Position numbers and translations under genes: made by a program. A stretch of 53,405 bases of DNA, counting the filler, from Jimgerdemannia flammicorona (Eukaryota): NCBI GenBank assembly GCA_003990765.1. It is 3 parts of 3 records of this genome, joined end to end, with 100 filler letters (N's around TTAATTAATTAA, not from the genome) between each part and the next. Parts side by side here need not be neighbours in the genome. Positions count along the whole stretch, not along the records: positions 1 to 17,736 come from RBNJ01002431.1; positions 17,837 to 35,571 come from RBNJ01002432.1; 1 more part is not named here. One strand, given 5' to 3'. The notes below the pieces were generated by a model, which worked only from the letters and a program-made list of their open reading frames with translations, was not told where the DNA came from and ran no database searches. Shown here one piece after another: positions 12,394 through 25,091 of this stretch (position 1 is the first letter of the stretch; each line of letters opens with the position of its first letter).

Positions 12394-14714
12394 TACTATC
12401 TTCTTTATAATATTGCTTTCTTTAAGAATTTGTTTAATAATTTTTTATATATTGGTATCCTTGGTATACTTCTTTTTGACTTCTTCAAATAAGCTGATAT
12501 ATAGTAATATTACTAATTACTATGAGGTTATTCTTCTAAGTACTTCAGGAGAGTATATCAGCTACTTTATTCTTAGTACTAGTAATATATTTAATTTTAA
12601 TATTAAAGGATATAAGGATCTGCATCTATCATACTTATCTCTCTGTGAAGATTGATTGTATTTGAATATATTGCAGAGCTTAATAGTCTATTTATAAGAT
12701 AAATTTCTTACTAAGAAGAAAATATCTCTATAATTGTAGAGATCAGATAATAGTAAGAAGTTTTTTACTTATATTATATAGTTCTTTTTATACTTATTTA
12801 GCTTCTAGAATAGGTATGCAACTAAGTATTTATACTAGATCAATATGACTTCAATAGTGATATTTGAGATATCTATAATAATGGTGAAGGGTCTTGTAGA
12901 GTCTGGACTGATTAGGATTAGTATATCAGTCAGTATTCTCTTGAGAGTATTCATTACTATAGTATATTCTTCTGTTTATTCTTTTTCAATATTAGTTTCC
13001 TTTTTACAAAAGCTTATAAGTAGAGAGATAATTGCTAAGAATTCTTGAATAAATCTTTGATAATATCTAACTAATCTATTGAATTCTTGTAAGGACTTAA
13101 GATGAGAGTCTTTAGAATAGATCAGTTATAGATTGCTTCAGTCTTTTTTTAAGATTGATGGTAATACTATTTTCTGAGACAATATATTCTAGATATGTAT
13201 TTAATTTTCTTTTTAAAGAAGTAGTACTTCTGAGAGCTTATGTTCTTAGAATATATCAAAAACTATCTATAGATATTATTAGTAGACAGTACTACTTATA
13301 CTCTATATAAGAATATCATTCAAGTATACTAGAATAAATATTCCAAGATGTTTTCAAAATATGTCATTTATTAGTATCTAGAAGATTACTAGTATATTAG
13401 TTCTAAAAGATATTATACAGAATTTATAATATCTAAATCTTATTTGAAATATTATCTTTGGAATATCTTCTTTCTTAATATAAATTTGGTAATATTCAGA
13501 ATAAGATCAATGAGTGAAAAAGTCTTAGTATTATATACTTAGTCAAGTAGTTTATTAATTTATAGAAGTATATATTAGTTTTTAACAGATATCTTATTGA
13601 GTACTTAGTAATTAATATACATATAGAAGCTTTTATCTTTTTTGTAGATAAAGAGGATTAGTATACCATATGGTAATTTTGATAGATATATATATAAGGC
13701 CTTTATTTGACAGATCTGCTAGCTATTTTTTGAGAGTCTCTAGCTTAGACTAAACTAGTTAGTAGATTCTGTAGTGGGAGAGTCTACTCTTGGAGTGGTT
13801 TCAATACTATATTTTACTACTCAGGTAGTTTTTGAAGTTTTTGAAAGATATCTTCATAGTCTTTGAATAGTTCTTAGAGACTTTCTTCTTTATTATCTTC
13901 ATTTTCAATAGTTTGAAAAGATCATCATCATTATCTTCTTCTGCTGGTAACTTCTTGATGATATATATATATATATTGCTCTGATTTCTAGATTAGCTTC
14001 TTTATTTAGATAGCAGAGATGATATCACACTTGGGTTTTACTTTTTTCTTGACCTGTTCTGGCTATAGCTTAATATATTCTAGAGAGATTGTATTAGTTT
14101 ATCAGTCAATATGTGGATTTTCTTAAATGAGCTAGGATTTTCTAAGAATGAGATTATTTTCTAGAAGATGTATAATATGGAAGATTTGCTTTATAGTATA
14201 GTCTCCTAGTATATTTTTGTAGATTTTTTATTAAATATAGTGATATTTTCTTCTAGGTTTCTTTGCATCTTAAGTCTGAACTTATTGACAGTCTCTTTGT
14301 CAAGATAGCACTTACTTGCTCTACTATTAATGAGGACTTCAATAGGGTTTCCTTCAATTTTCTCTTATAGATAGATATATTTAGAGTTGCTTTATTGCTA
14401 GATAGTAATTCTCTTAAAGAGACTTCTTCTTTCTAATCTTATACATATATCTCTATCTTTATCATTAATATTCTTAATTTTCTCATCCTATTATTCTAGA
14501 ATAGTTGGCTTATATTTCTTAGATTTGAAGATATATGTAATATATTCTTTTATATATTTGAAATAGTATATCTTAACTCTGAGGATATCATCCTGCTGAG
14601 ATATATCTATCAGCAATATGCTGATACTATTTCTGATCTCAGTTTTGAGGTTCTTCAATATAAATAATCTTCTATATCTTGATCTTCTCCTTGGCCTTGT
14701 TAGGGTACTTTTTT

Positions 14715-15119
14715 ATTAATATAAAAGCTTTTTCTCTTCTATCAGAGGGTAATAGTTCATTTGTTTCTTCAACCTTAAGATTATTACATATTATCTTAAT
14801 GATTTGGGTGATTTATTTTCTATATGTAATTTCAACTATCTTCTATTTAGTATTATATAGTAGGATTTTGATTTTGTCTTTGAATCCTTAATTTATAACT
14901 CTTCTGACTATATAGAGTCTCTTCTTTAGTCAGGCTACTCTTTTCTATAAGATAGATGTAGATTCCTTTGGAGACTTTCATTCTAACATCTATGTTAATA
15001 GTTACTTACTTATCTGATTCAATGATTACTTCTATACTAGAGTAGAGGTTATAGCCAGTATCGGATTTATGTCTTTTGTCTGAGATTTTCATAGCAATGT
15101 AAAATCTCTTGACCTTGAT
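14715..15119 (-). pseudogene. dUTPase relic in family C, between gag and protease
   Basis: IKVKRF..KISDKRHKSDTGYNLYSS (DAGYDL motif), EKSSL, VIN*GFKDKI, ITQ and SDRREKAF (RGxxGF motif). Frameshifted and decayed. Confidence 0.72.
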
Positions 15120-17736
15120 TTTTTCAGAGATTTCTTTAAGATTATCTTCTATTATAGTAATAGTATGTGAGAAGAATAGTTCTTTATTCATGTTGGTTTT
15201 CTTATCAGAGTATTCATGAGATATATGTCCCTTCTTTTTGTAGTAAAAACATACTCTTTACTACATCTGTCCCTCTATTTTCTTAGTAGATAATTTCTTA
15301 AATCCTCTTTGCAATTTCAGAGAGTTATTTTAAGATTTGTATTTCTTCTTGAATTGATATTGCTTATCTTCTTTATTGTTATTTCTGTTGTCTCTTAGTC
15401 TTTGAGCTACTAAGATGATATATATTCTGATAACAGCTTATCTTAAATACTATTACTCATATAGGTAATTATAGAGTCATCTTTGCTTTCAGATTTTTTT
15501 CTGATAACTATCCAGAAATGATATCAAAGAAATATACTACTCTGGTTCTATTCACAGTTTGTTCTTATTAGCTATATTCTACTTCTATAGTATTTATAAG
15601 AGTTTTTAATCTTATTGCAAATATTTTTAAGTCTTTTTTTCCATTATTATAAAATTAGAGGTTTTTGAGTTTAGTTCTGACTTTAGCAATGTGGGCAGAA
15701 CTATATAACTGTTGAATTATTAGCTATTTTAGGCCCATGGTAGCTGGATAGACTTTATAATTAGGATGATTGTTATCTCTTTCACTTGTATTAATTTTGA
15801 TATAGATTTTTTAGATGAGATGATATATTAGAAAATTGTGCCACTACTGAGCAGCTGTATCTGTAAAATGGATGACAACTTTCTCTACTTATGAGGCTGC
15901 AGTTATATAGAGATCTTCAATATTATAGTATTTATTATTATTAAGAGTACTGTCTGAGATCTGATTATTATTTTATTCATTAGTATGATAATTAGTATTG
16001 ACTTATCCTATGAATATTATTACTTAATCTACTTTACTTTCAAATAGTATAAGTTAGAGGCCTTTTATAAGTTTGTTTGTTTCAATGCTAAGATAGAGGG
16101 CTTAGATAAGTATGGTCACTTAGTCAGTCAGAGCTGCTATATTTTTATCTACTTATATAATTCTATCACTTATATGGTAGAATAGTAGTAGTCTTTCTTC
16201 AGATACTATTATCTCAGAGATAGTATAATATATAGTTATTTCTTCTATAATATTACTAAAGTTGGTAAACTTGATAATCAGTTTATAGATTAGTAATTTT
16301 GATAGAGTTATTACTAAGTCTCTTATAGTAATTTTTGATAGACTTGATATTCTTGATAGTAGGTCTATTAGTAGTACTGAGGCTACTAGTATTGGGTTCA
16401 AGTATTTCTTTAACTATTCTTCTAGGTTGAGATGATGTGGTAGAGACTTTGCTGGATTCAGTAGTTTATAATTCTCACTATTAGATTATCTTTGCTTATA
16501 TATATATAGAGAACTTGGTAATAGAGATGGTATTTTCTTTAATTAGTATAATATATCTTATAGTTTAGAAAGGCCTTGGCTTTATATTAGTAGTTATTAG
16601 AGAGAAGATTTAAGAAATGTTTACTTATAGCTTTGATAGATTTTCTTATATATTTCTCATAAAAGTAGCTATTAATTAATTTTTTAATTTTTTTTCTAAT
16701 TCTTTGAGTATGGATAACTTCTTTATTAAGTATGATAAATATATCAAATACTTCTTGGATGGTTTCATTGTTGAGTGTTCTATCATCTTCTTCTGTATTA
16801 GAGTTGCTTTAATCTAAGAGTTTCTTTTCTTCTTTAGAGAATTATACTTCAATACTGCTGATAATAGACTAATAGATAACTATATTTATTTGTTATATAT
16901 TAGTGAGACTGAATTAGACCTGGGTGAGAGCTGAAGGGAATCATTTATATATATTATATATATAGTCTATTTGTAGTAATAGTACATATTTACTCAGATC
17001 ATATCAATGAAATTTCTGATATAGACTTGGTTAAATAAAGAGAGATCTTGTAACTATTGTCTAATTGTATAATAGGCTTCTAGTTGATAGATTTATAGAA
17101 ACTATTGAGTAATAGTAAGGTTCTCTAGAAGTACTCAGACTTATTAAGCAGGGTTCTTTTAGACTTCTTAATACTATAGTGGCAGAATTAGAAGGGTCTA
17201 GAAAGAGCTGAGAACTAGAGTTTAGAGTTATTGGTCAATCCTCTGGCTTATGGTATAGGTGATAGATATATATATCTTGAGATAGTTGATATAAACTAGA
17301 GTTCTCAGAATATATCTATCTATATTTCTTAATAAATACTAATTTCTCTAATATTATATATAAGATAAGATTCTTTCCATTTGAGTTCCAATTTTGTAGC
17401 AAAGTTAGATTTTATCATACTTCTCTAAATAAGGACTTGATTACCAATCTTGATCTTCTGATCTTTCTATTTCTGATCATAGTACTTTTTTTGTCTTTTT
17501 TGGGGTTTGATTATCTAAGCTCAGACTTGATTATATGATTGTCTGTTTTTTTGAAAAGATCTCTGAGGTTTTTATGATATATGGTTCTAGTCTTCTTGGT
17601 AAACATTATCAGAGATAAGTTCTTCTGAGAGTTTATATATATCTGAGTATAAGACTATAGAGACCAATAATAATCAGAGCATTAGCAATTTCTGTTGAGA
17701 AAGCTTCAGATCATTTGATCAGATGTTTTATAAATA

Positions 17737-17836
17737 NNNNNNNNNNNNNNNNNNNNNNNNNNNNNNNNNNNNNNNNNNNNTTAATTAATTAANNNNNNNN
17801 NNNNNNNNNNNNNNNNNNNNNNNNNNNNNNNNNNNN
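17737..17836. other. Artificial contig linker (N44-TTAATTAATTAA-N44)
   Basis: 100-nt spacer with stops in all six frames at 17781-17792. Confidence 0.97.
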
Positions 17837-19584
17837 TTTTATCTCTCTTTGTTGTTGATTTTCTATCCCGCATAGTTCGGGCATGTATATGCGCTCCCAC
17901 GCCAAATTAATACGCGTACATCATCATATTCAGTCATCTTATACATATTATGGGAAGTATTCGCCGTTTTGGGGTAGCTGGTATTAATCTAATAGTGGCT
18001 GTCGAACGCCCTTTTTTGTGCGGTAATAGCTATTATACGTATATATTCATGATTGGGTGTTTGTCCCTTCAAAATAACAAAATAACAAATTTACTTAAAG
18101 CGGGTCATGAGGCTGAACAGCAAACCTTCTTTTTAGCTAATTATATAACAATACTATGTTATAAAAGGGTACGCTGCACAGTCACATGCGAGAGTTGTGT
18201 AAGATATGACAAATTGTTCTACCTACTAAAGATATATAAGCTCTTTATAAAATAATTTTATTTATATTCTATACTAATATTATTTATGATATATTTTAAT
18301 TTTATTTATTTATTTGTATTTTTTAGTTTATTAATTATGATTTTAATAATAATAATAATAATAATAAAAATTAAAACTAAATTTTATATTTATAAATATA
18401 AATTATTATTTATTTTTTGTTTTATTATTTAATATTAAAATATATTTATAAATAATTTGTATATTGAAACTATTTATATTTTTAATAATAAGATTTTAAT
18501 ATAATAATATCTTTAAAGTTTTAAAAGACCATTATAATTTAGATCTTTTAAAATATTAGTATAATATATATTTTTTTTCTCTTAATATCTTATACTTTAT
18601 TTAGTATATTTGATATAATAATAGTCTTTATAATTATTTTGATTATTTTATCTTTTTTGTTTATATTATCTTTATATTTAGAGATATAAATTTAAAATTT
18701 ATAACATAATAGTTTTATATCTATCTCTAATAAGAGTTTGAACAAATTAAGTTATATTTTTAATAGAGAAATAATGTTTCAAGAAAATCATTTTTTTAAA
18801 CTTTGAAAAATGTTCTTATCTACAGACAAGGGATATATTACACATTGAACTCTAATGATTTGAACATTCAAGGCTATAATGCAGATATATGTCTATAAAT
18901 TTCTGGGTTTTGTTGTATGGAGTTATTTTGAGATTAGAGTTTGAGAGTAGTGGCTGACTGACTCGGACCATTCATGCAAAGCGACGTGATGTATATAAAT
19001 TGCTATAATAACTACATGCTAGCCCTTTAAGTAATGCAGGACACTGGTCAAGGTTTGATAATTACAGTTGTAAGCGGAGGCCAAGCAGGATGATGGTTGC
19101 CGTCATCATGTCGTCATGAAAGTCAAAATTGAGAAACCTTCTATTTTCGGCTTCACAACGTCGATATCCACAAAGCTTGTAGAATCGGGAACCGCTGTTT
19201 TAGTTTAGGTTTGCACAAAAAAAAATTATCGGCTGGCATGACCATGAGGTAACCGTGCAAATTGACAAATAAAAAATCCCTCCTTTCCCTTCACTAGAAG
19301 GAACGGCGTCCGACATTGTTGAAAGCAATCCGAGGTAACCTGCTATTCACAGTCAACCATCACAATCAACCATCTCCCACTAATAGGTATGCAAGAGGAA
19401 CCACCCCCCGGTGCACCGGTGCACCAGAGATTGACGTTTCGGTGAAGCAGTCACGTTCCATACATAACCGCAACCCTTCCGTCTCTTCAACCACCATTCC
19501 CACATTCGCTGCTACTTCCTCCAACCATTTCAAGGAAAGCGGCTCTAGCACTCTCCCAACCACCACCACTCATCGCCAAATACA

Positions 19585-22427
19585 ATGAGCATTATCGCAT
19601 CTGTTTCGACGTCGGGCGTGGGCACTCCTTTCAATGTTTCTCCCTCCACCTCCTCCCCGAATTCCTCCTCTTCAAACAACCGCAACTCTGTCATCCCCAG
19701 TAACTCCCACCGTGCGAGCACCATAGCCCTCGAGAAATTTTCCCGCTCCGTCGATCACCTCGCCGACGTGCTCAACTCATCGGATGACGACGACGCCCTG
19801 CTCGCCCAACGCGCCTCAGAGAGTGGCGTCTCGAGCGTCACTAACACCACCGTCACCAGCAGCTCGAATACGTCCTCCAATGTGTCGTCTCAGCGTAGTC
19901 GGAGCCTAGACAGCAACCCCGAACCTTTCGCCTCGTCCTCCACTGACGCAAGGGGCTCGGGCGGCCAGCTCAGACACTCGACCTCTAGGTCAAGCGTGCG
20001 CTCTAAATCGAGTGTGAAGTCGCAAGGCCGTCGTAATCGTGAAATTCGCGCGCAATACGAATATTACAATCTGAATCCAAAGGACGTGCCGGATGTGAGT
20101 GCCGAAATGGAAAAGTGGTACGCTATGACTGACAGGTGAGTTGAAGTCACCGCCAACGCCAATTTGGATTACCAATTCTTGCCTGGCCTAACACCTTCTC
20201 TGGCTTTCCTTCCGAAGATACGGTTTCATGACCGACGAACAAAAAATATTGCGAGTACCCAACAAGTTGTAAGTATTTGCTCAACAGGGGTAACAGCCAT
20301 TTTGAAATCTAAAATATCGCTGCCATTCCATGCTTATCTTCGTCCAATTCGAACCGAGAACCATTATTCCTTCGCTATTTCATCCAATTTAGCTCTGAAG
20401 AACGCGAGGTCAGCCGGGCCCAAAAGTGGACTCGCATGGCCGAAAAAATTCACAAGGGCGGCGAGGAAGTCTACCAATTCAAGTATTCTCCCAAGGTGAG
20501 CACGGGTGGCTGAACAAGCGCAGTGATTATTCGCGCTTGTCCCCCGTTGGGATAGATGTTGCTTGACCGAGTTTGGTTGGTATTGGATGCTTCAATCGAA
20601 TGGGCGTTCTTTTAGGACCTTTCTTAATTACGCTCAAATGGATAGAATATAGACAGATTCGAGACAGCTGCTAAAATCTAATAGAAAATAACGTTGCTAT
20701 CAAGCTATTGTTATCTGTTACCTTGCGCTTCTTCGATCTTCACCTAACGCTTACGTATATATATGACCATCAACAAATATAGTTTATCAAGAGAGTCTTC
20801 AAGGGCATTCCTGATTCGTGGCGCCGTGAAGCATGGTCTGTGACCCGGAACTTTCCACTCGAAAACGATTGGGGAATATTATTAGTATTATTCGGGCGGA
20901 GCGTTCTTTTACGGTTTGGGGAGATATTGATCGTCTGATCCTAACGTTACTCGTCCCGATCCTTCGTGCATCGCTTTTGCGTGCTTTCCACGTGCCGAAT
21001 CCTGAACTCGCAGGTATTACACGATCACCAACAACCTGCGCGAGGCCGAGTTTGACGATAACCTCAAGCGAACGTATAATGTGAGGATCCCATCAATTCT
21101 CTGGCGATAAAATTCAATATTGTATTCAAGTGCCACCAGAATTCGTAAGTGCGTGCTCAGGATTATTAACATAACGAAATGTAATACCGTACAGGATCTT
21201 CTCCGGGTTTCTTCGCCGCATGAGCGCCAAATTGATTTGGACGTGCCACGGACTATGCACGGGCACATCATGTTCCGGACGCGCTACGGCCAAGGGTAGG
21301 CACTTGCACAATTTTCATATCTCTGAGACTAGTTTAATTACATTTTTTCGTCCTATTGTCAATGTGGATTGCGACCCCACCGCAAACATTCTCGGTCGAA
21401 AAGCATAAGAACTGAACATGCTCCGTTATTAACACCATCCTCAAATCACCCCAACCCCCAGCCAACGCATCCTGTTTAACGTCTTGCGCGCCTTTTCCAA
21501 CTATGACAAGGAGGTCGGGTACTGCCAAGGTATGACCAACGTGGTGGCAATGCTTTTGACATACTTTGAAGAAGAGGTAAGCAGGCACATTTGATTATTG
21601 CGCCACACTCTATGTAAACAATGATTCCTCCAAAGGCAATGGCTCATTTCCATTCTCGCCACCCACGGGTTATAGAAAACCTTTGTCATCCTAACGCACC
21701 TGTTCCGGCGATACAATCTCCACAACCTTTTCATCCCGGGATTCCCAGCCTTGATGGAGAGTTTTGAGATTCAAGAGCGGCTAACGCAAAAATACGCACC
21801 TAAAGTTGCGAAGGCTTTTGTACGTACTCAGCTCTTATGTATTTCATGCCGATATACAGATTGGCTCGTCGGACGATGTTGCTGATGAACCCACAATCTG
21901 ACCTTCCTGTAGAGCAAGGTTCAAATCACTAGCAGCGCGTACGCGACCCGCTGGTACATCACTCTGTTTGCAGGTGGTGTCGTGCCGAATCACACACTAC
22001 TACGTATCTGGGACGTATTTTTCCTGAACGGGTTCAATGTACTCTATTATGTCGCCGTAGCTTTGTTGAAAGAGCATCAAGGTTGGTTGATAGGTCTAGA
22101 ATGAAAAGAAAACCGGCTGTTGTGTGCGGAATTTATTTTTATTTTATTTTATTTTATTTTATTTGGGGGGAAGGAGGCGAAGGAAAGATATTGTTTTGGC
22201 AAAGGCAAAAATATTATTAATTTTTTCGTATTCATAACCGCTCTTTCAAACTTTACACAGACACCTTGGTCAAAGGTGATTTCGAAAATATTATGAACAC
22301 GCTCAGCGCAACGATGGAGGTGAAGAATGACGATCGATTCATGCGGTCCGTGAGGCGCATGCATGCGAAGGGAGAAGCCGAAGGGCTAATTGAGTCGCTG
22401 AGAAAGAAGTACAGAGAGCAAGACTGA
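19585..22427 (+). CDS. TBC-domain Rab GTPase-activating protein, 10 exons
   Basis: GT-AG exons 19585-20135, 20218-20268, 20393-20495, 20783-20835, 21014-21080, 21195-21295, 21462-21576, 21677-21819, 21913-22081 and 22261-22427 splice in frame. Motifs: TDRYGF, KGIPDSWRREAW, QIDLDVPRT (Arg finger), GYCQGM (Gln finger), LRIWDVFF. Ser-rich N-terminus. Confidence 0.93.
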
Positions 22428-23413
22428 GATGGGTTTTGGTCGGAGAATTTATCCAGCGATTGACAAACCTGTGGCTGAATCCCACGTTATTTGCACGTGG
22501 CATTGGCGTACCCCACGTGGTGGTTGAAATTGCCAAATGTGGGATAGTTGTTTTGTCGTGTTACACCTTTCTCTTCGCTCATGCAGCGGAACCCTTTATT
22601 TTTGCTCTACCACAATCAATTTCTTTTGTTACCATGTAATATATAGACAATACCCCTTGCATGAAAAAATGGCGACATTCACCTCACTATTTCACCTTTT
22701 TCCCAACCAAAATTCCCTATGCCCTTCAATCTTGATAGATGGTTTGTCAAGTTCTGTTGATTTAACATCAAATATTAATTAGAAGTTCAGATAACATAGA
22801 ATTATCACACTAAATTAGAAGTGTTTCAAAAAATTGCAATTATCATATGCTATATATCAATTATGAGATGATATTGGTAAAAGTAAGAGGCAGTGTAGAT
22901 GGAGTTACAATTGTGAGATATCTTGAAAGTCATGTAATGATGAAAATGTAAAAAAGAAATATATTTAGTTAAATATCAATAATAATAATTATAAAAGACA
23001 TATGTTTACTAATAATAAGAGATTAATTATCTTTTGTTTAGATATTATAAAGATATAAAATAAATATCTTCATATGTAATTAGAATATACTGTTACAAAA
23101 AAAAAAAAAAAAAAAAAAAAAACTTTTGAAATCACCTCGCTTTGGCTCTCCTTTCGCCCACGGTATAACCGTTTTGCTTTTCATGTTTGTCCATCGTTCC
23201 CTCTTCCTGCGGTTTCAACATTGGTGTTCTTCGTTCTATACCATAGCGCGGTGGCGTCACAGCAGGAAACTGGTTAGCCTGAATCACATGATTCGGCTGT
23301 ATCACATGATGCAGCTAACGAAGGTCACGCCAATAACGCCAAAAGGGAAGTCACATGCGTCTATAAAATACGAGCGCCGTGCCATTTCACCAACAAACCG
23401 CCACCACTCAACC

Positions 23414-24184
23414 ATGGTTTCCTATCTCCAAAACCAAACATCCGCCTTCCTTCAGTCCCAACTCGGTTACTGTTACCCCATCCTCTCCTCCACCGCCTCC
23501 GACCCACATTGCAACGTCCTTTTCGTCTCCAAACTCCTCGGCAACATCGTCCTTCTCACTGGAACAATCCTGAAAATCCCGCAAATATCGACCTACCTTT
23601 CCTCGAGAAGCGTGGCCGGCCTGTCGCTACCTGCGCTGCTCCTGGAAATACATGGATTTGTCATCGGCGCTGTCTACAACGTCCGTGTCAAGAATCCGTT
23701 TAGTACGTATGGGGAGGGTGTGAGTCTGTTGCTTCAGGACGTGATTATTCTTGGACTCTATGGACTGTATGCGAAGCAGATGGGGCTGGTATCCGGCTCT
23801 CTATTCGGCTTTATGTCACTCGGTATAGGGTTATACAACCAAGCCTCAACATCCACCCTGCAAGCTCTCATGGGTATCTGCATCCCGGTCTTCGCACTGA
23901 GCGGCATCACACAGTTACTCCTGAACTATAGACAAAAGCATCTTGGCAACGCATCAAGCGTAACGGCCATTTTTGGTTGGCTGATGGGTTCGTGTAGGGT
24001 TTTCACCACGTTTGTGGAAGTGGAGGATAGGGTTTTGTTGTTTGGGAGTATTTTGGGGGTATGTATTTCGACGGTGGGGTTAGTGCAGATGGTTTTGTAT
24101 GGAGATAATACGAAGAAATACCTAGAGGGGGTGAAAAGAAAGGCGAAGGAGGAGCTCAGGAGTGTGGGCAAGAAGGTGGAGTAA
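23414..24184 (+). CDS. PQ-loop membrane protein, MPDU1/Lec35 (mannose-P-dolichol utilization defect 1)-like; intronless
   Basis: ORF 23126..24184 with likely start ATG at 23414 (accATGg, TATA-like CTATAAAA at 23361). Motifs LKIPQI..SRSVAGLS, YN..KNPFSTYGE, NYRQKHLG and RVFTT..EV.D, with multiple hydrophobic helices. Confidence 0.85.
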   Translation: MVSYLQNQTSAFLQSQLGYCYPILSSTASDPHCNVLFVSKLLGNIVLLTGTILKIPQISTYLSSRSVAGLSLPALLLEIHGFVIGAVYNVRVKNPFSTYGEGVSLLLQDVIILGLYGLYAKQMGLVSGSLFGFMSLGIGLYNQASTSTLQALMGICIPVFALSGITQLLLNYRQKHLGNASSVTAIFGWLMGSCRVFTTFVEVEDRVLLFGSILGVCISTVGLVQMVLYGDNTKKYLEGVKRKAKEELRSVGKKVE

Positions 24185-24439
24185 AGGTTGTTTGGCGTGG
24201 ACGGAAGTAGGAGTATTGTGCGCATAATAGTGGTTCGTGGACACTGAGTCATAGTATAGCATAGCGACATTATTCTGCGCACTGCTGAGATATATCAAAA
24301 CAATGTTAGCATATTTATTCTCACAATTATATTTATTTGCGAGATTCTTACATTGTCTAATGACAGACTGCACGAATGCTTTGCTTTCTTTAACGCTCTC
24401 GTACTCTCTAATCCAAAGTTTTCATATTACCTTCAGCCC

Positions 24440-24705
24440 CATCACCCAACACCTCCACGTACCATTCAAAAGTTCTTCCTCCAGTTACTCATATCATGGT
24501 TTCCATCCTTCAACAATACCAACTCCTTCACCACACCATACAAAAGCCTTGAACAGCTATCAGGCAACACTAAATCATCTTCTGCTCTTTCTCGATCTCT
24601 TTACAGCCTCCGCGACACCATAAGTCTGACTGGCATGGTGACGACTCCCAAAACACTCTCGGGTTCCAACGCCGCCGCATCAATAACCACAGCAGTAGTA
24701 GGAAG
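24440..24705 (-). pseudogene. Alpha/beta-hydrolase fragment (frameshifted)
   Basis: Minus-strand pieces in different frames: AVVIDAAALEPESVLGVVT / ASQTYGVAEAV / AEDDLVLP..KELVLLKDGNHD. These resemble the post-nucleophile helix, acid and catalytic-His loop. Confidence 0.5.
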
Positions 24706-25091
24706 TTAGGGAACCATAGGGGGTTTCAAAGGTTAGTTCGGTCCAGCCTTCCGAGGTAGGTTTGGAGGAGGTGGGTTGTGGGTCTGTGGCAAAGGAGGAG
24801 GAGGAGGATAGTGGGTCTGGTAAACGGGGCATGGCTATAGATTATTGACATCAAATTGGAAAGTATGGGCAGCAGCACAATCGAAGGCACGCACTGCCAG
24901 GATGCAAAAAACACTATGTACAGCTCATCGAATCGAATTTTTTGCGCTCAACGTGATTTCTCCAGGGAGCAGGCCAGTATTGGCACAGCTCTGCACGGCT
25001 ACTATATTTTTGAAATGTTAAACATCTAATATAAATTTAAAATCATTATACAAAAATAAATAATTTATTTAATAACACATTATCAAATACA

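Larger units (their letters stand above)
12140..17736 (-). mobile_element. Ty3/gypsy family C (gag-dUTPase-PR-RT-RH-start of IN), heavily decayed
   Basis: Protease relic VLINSRAS ~14310-14340, RT relic (EDIPKIIF, ILVYLNDILI) ~13300-13650, RNase H (FTIIIDIS, KELLTII) ~12700-12890, and ELYDILIASY joining GFDK across the family-A insertion. The 5' limit is uncertain and runs to the contig end. Confidence 0.8.

Noticed and set aside
17781..17792. TTAATTAATTAA palindrome as a biological site
   Set aside because: It is an assembly spacer embedded in Ns and repeated identically at 35616.
23096..23122. Poly-A run as the tail of an MPDU1 retrogene
   Set aside because: It lies upstream of the gene on the same strand, so it cannot be that gene's tail.
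23126..23413. 96-aa N-terminal extension of the MPDU1-like ORF
   Set aside because: It starts at TTG just after a poly-A run and contains a TATA-like box at 23361. Homology begins only after ATG 23414.
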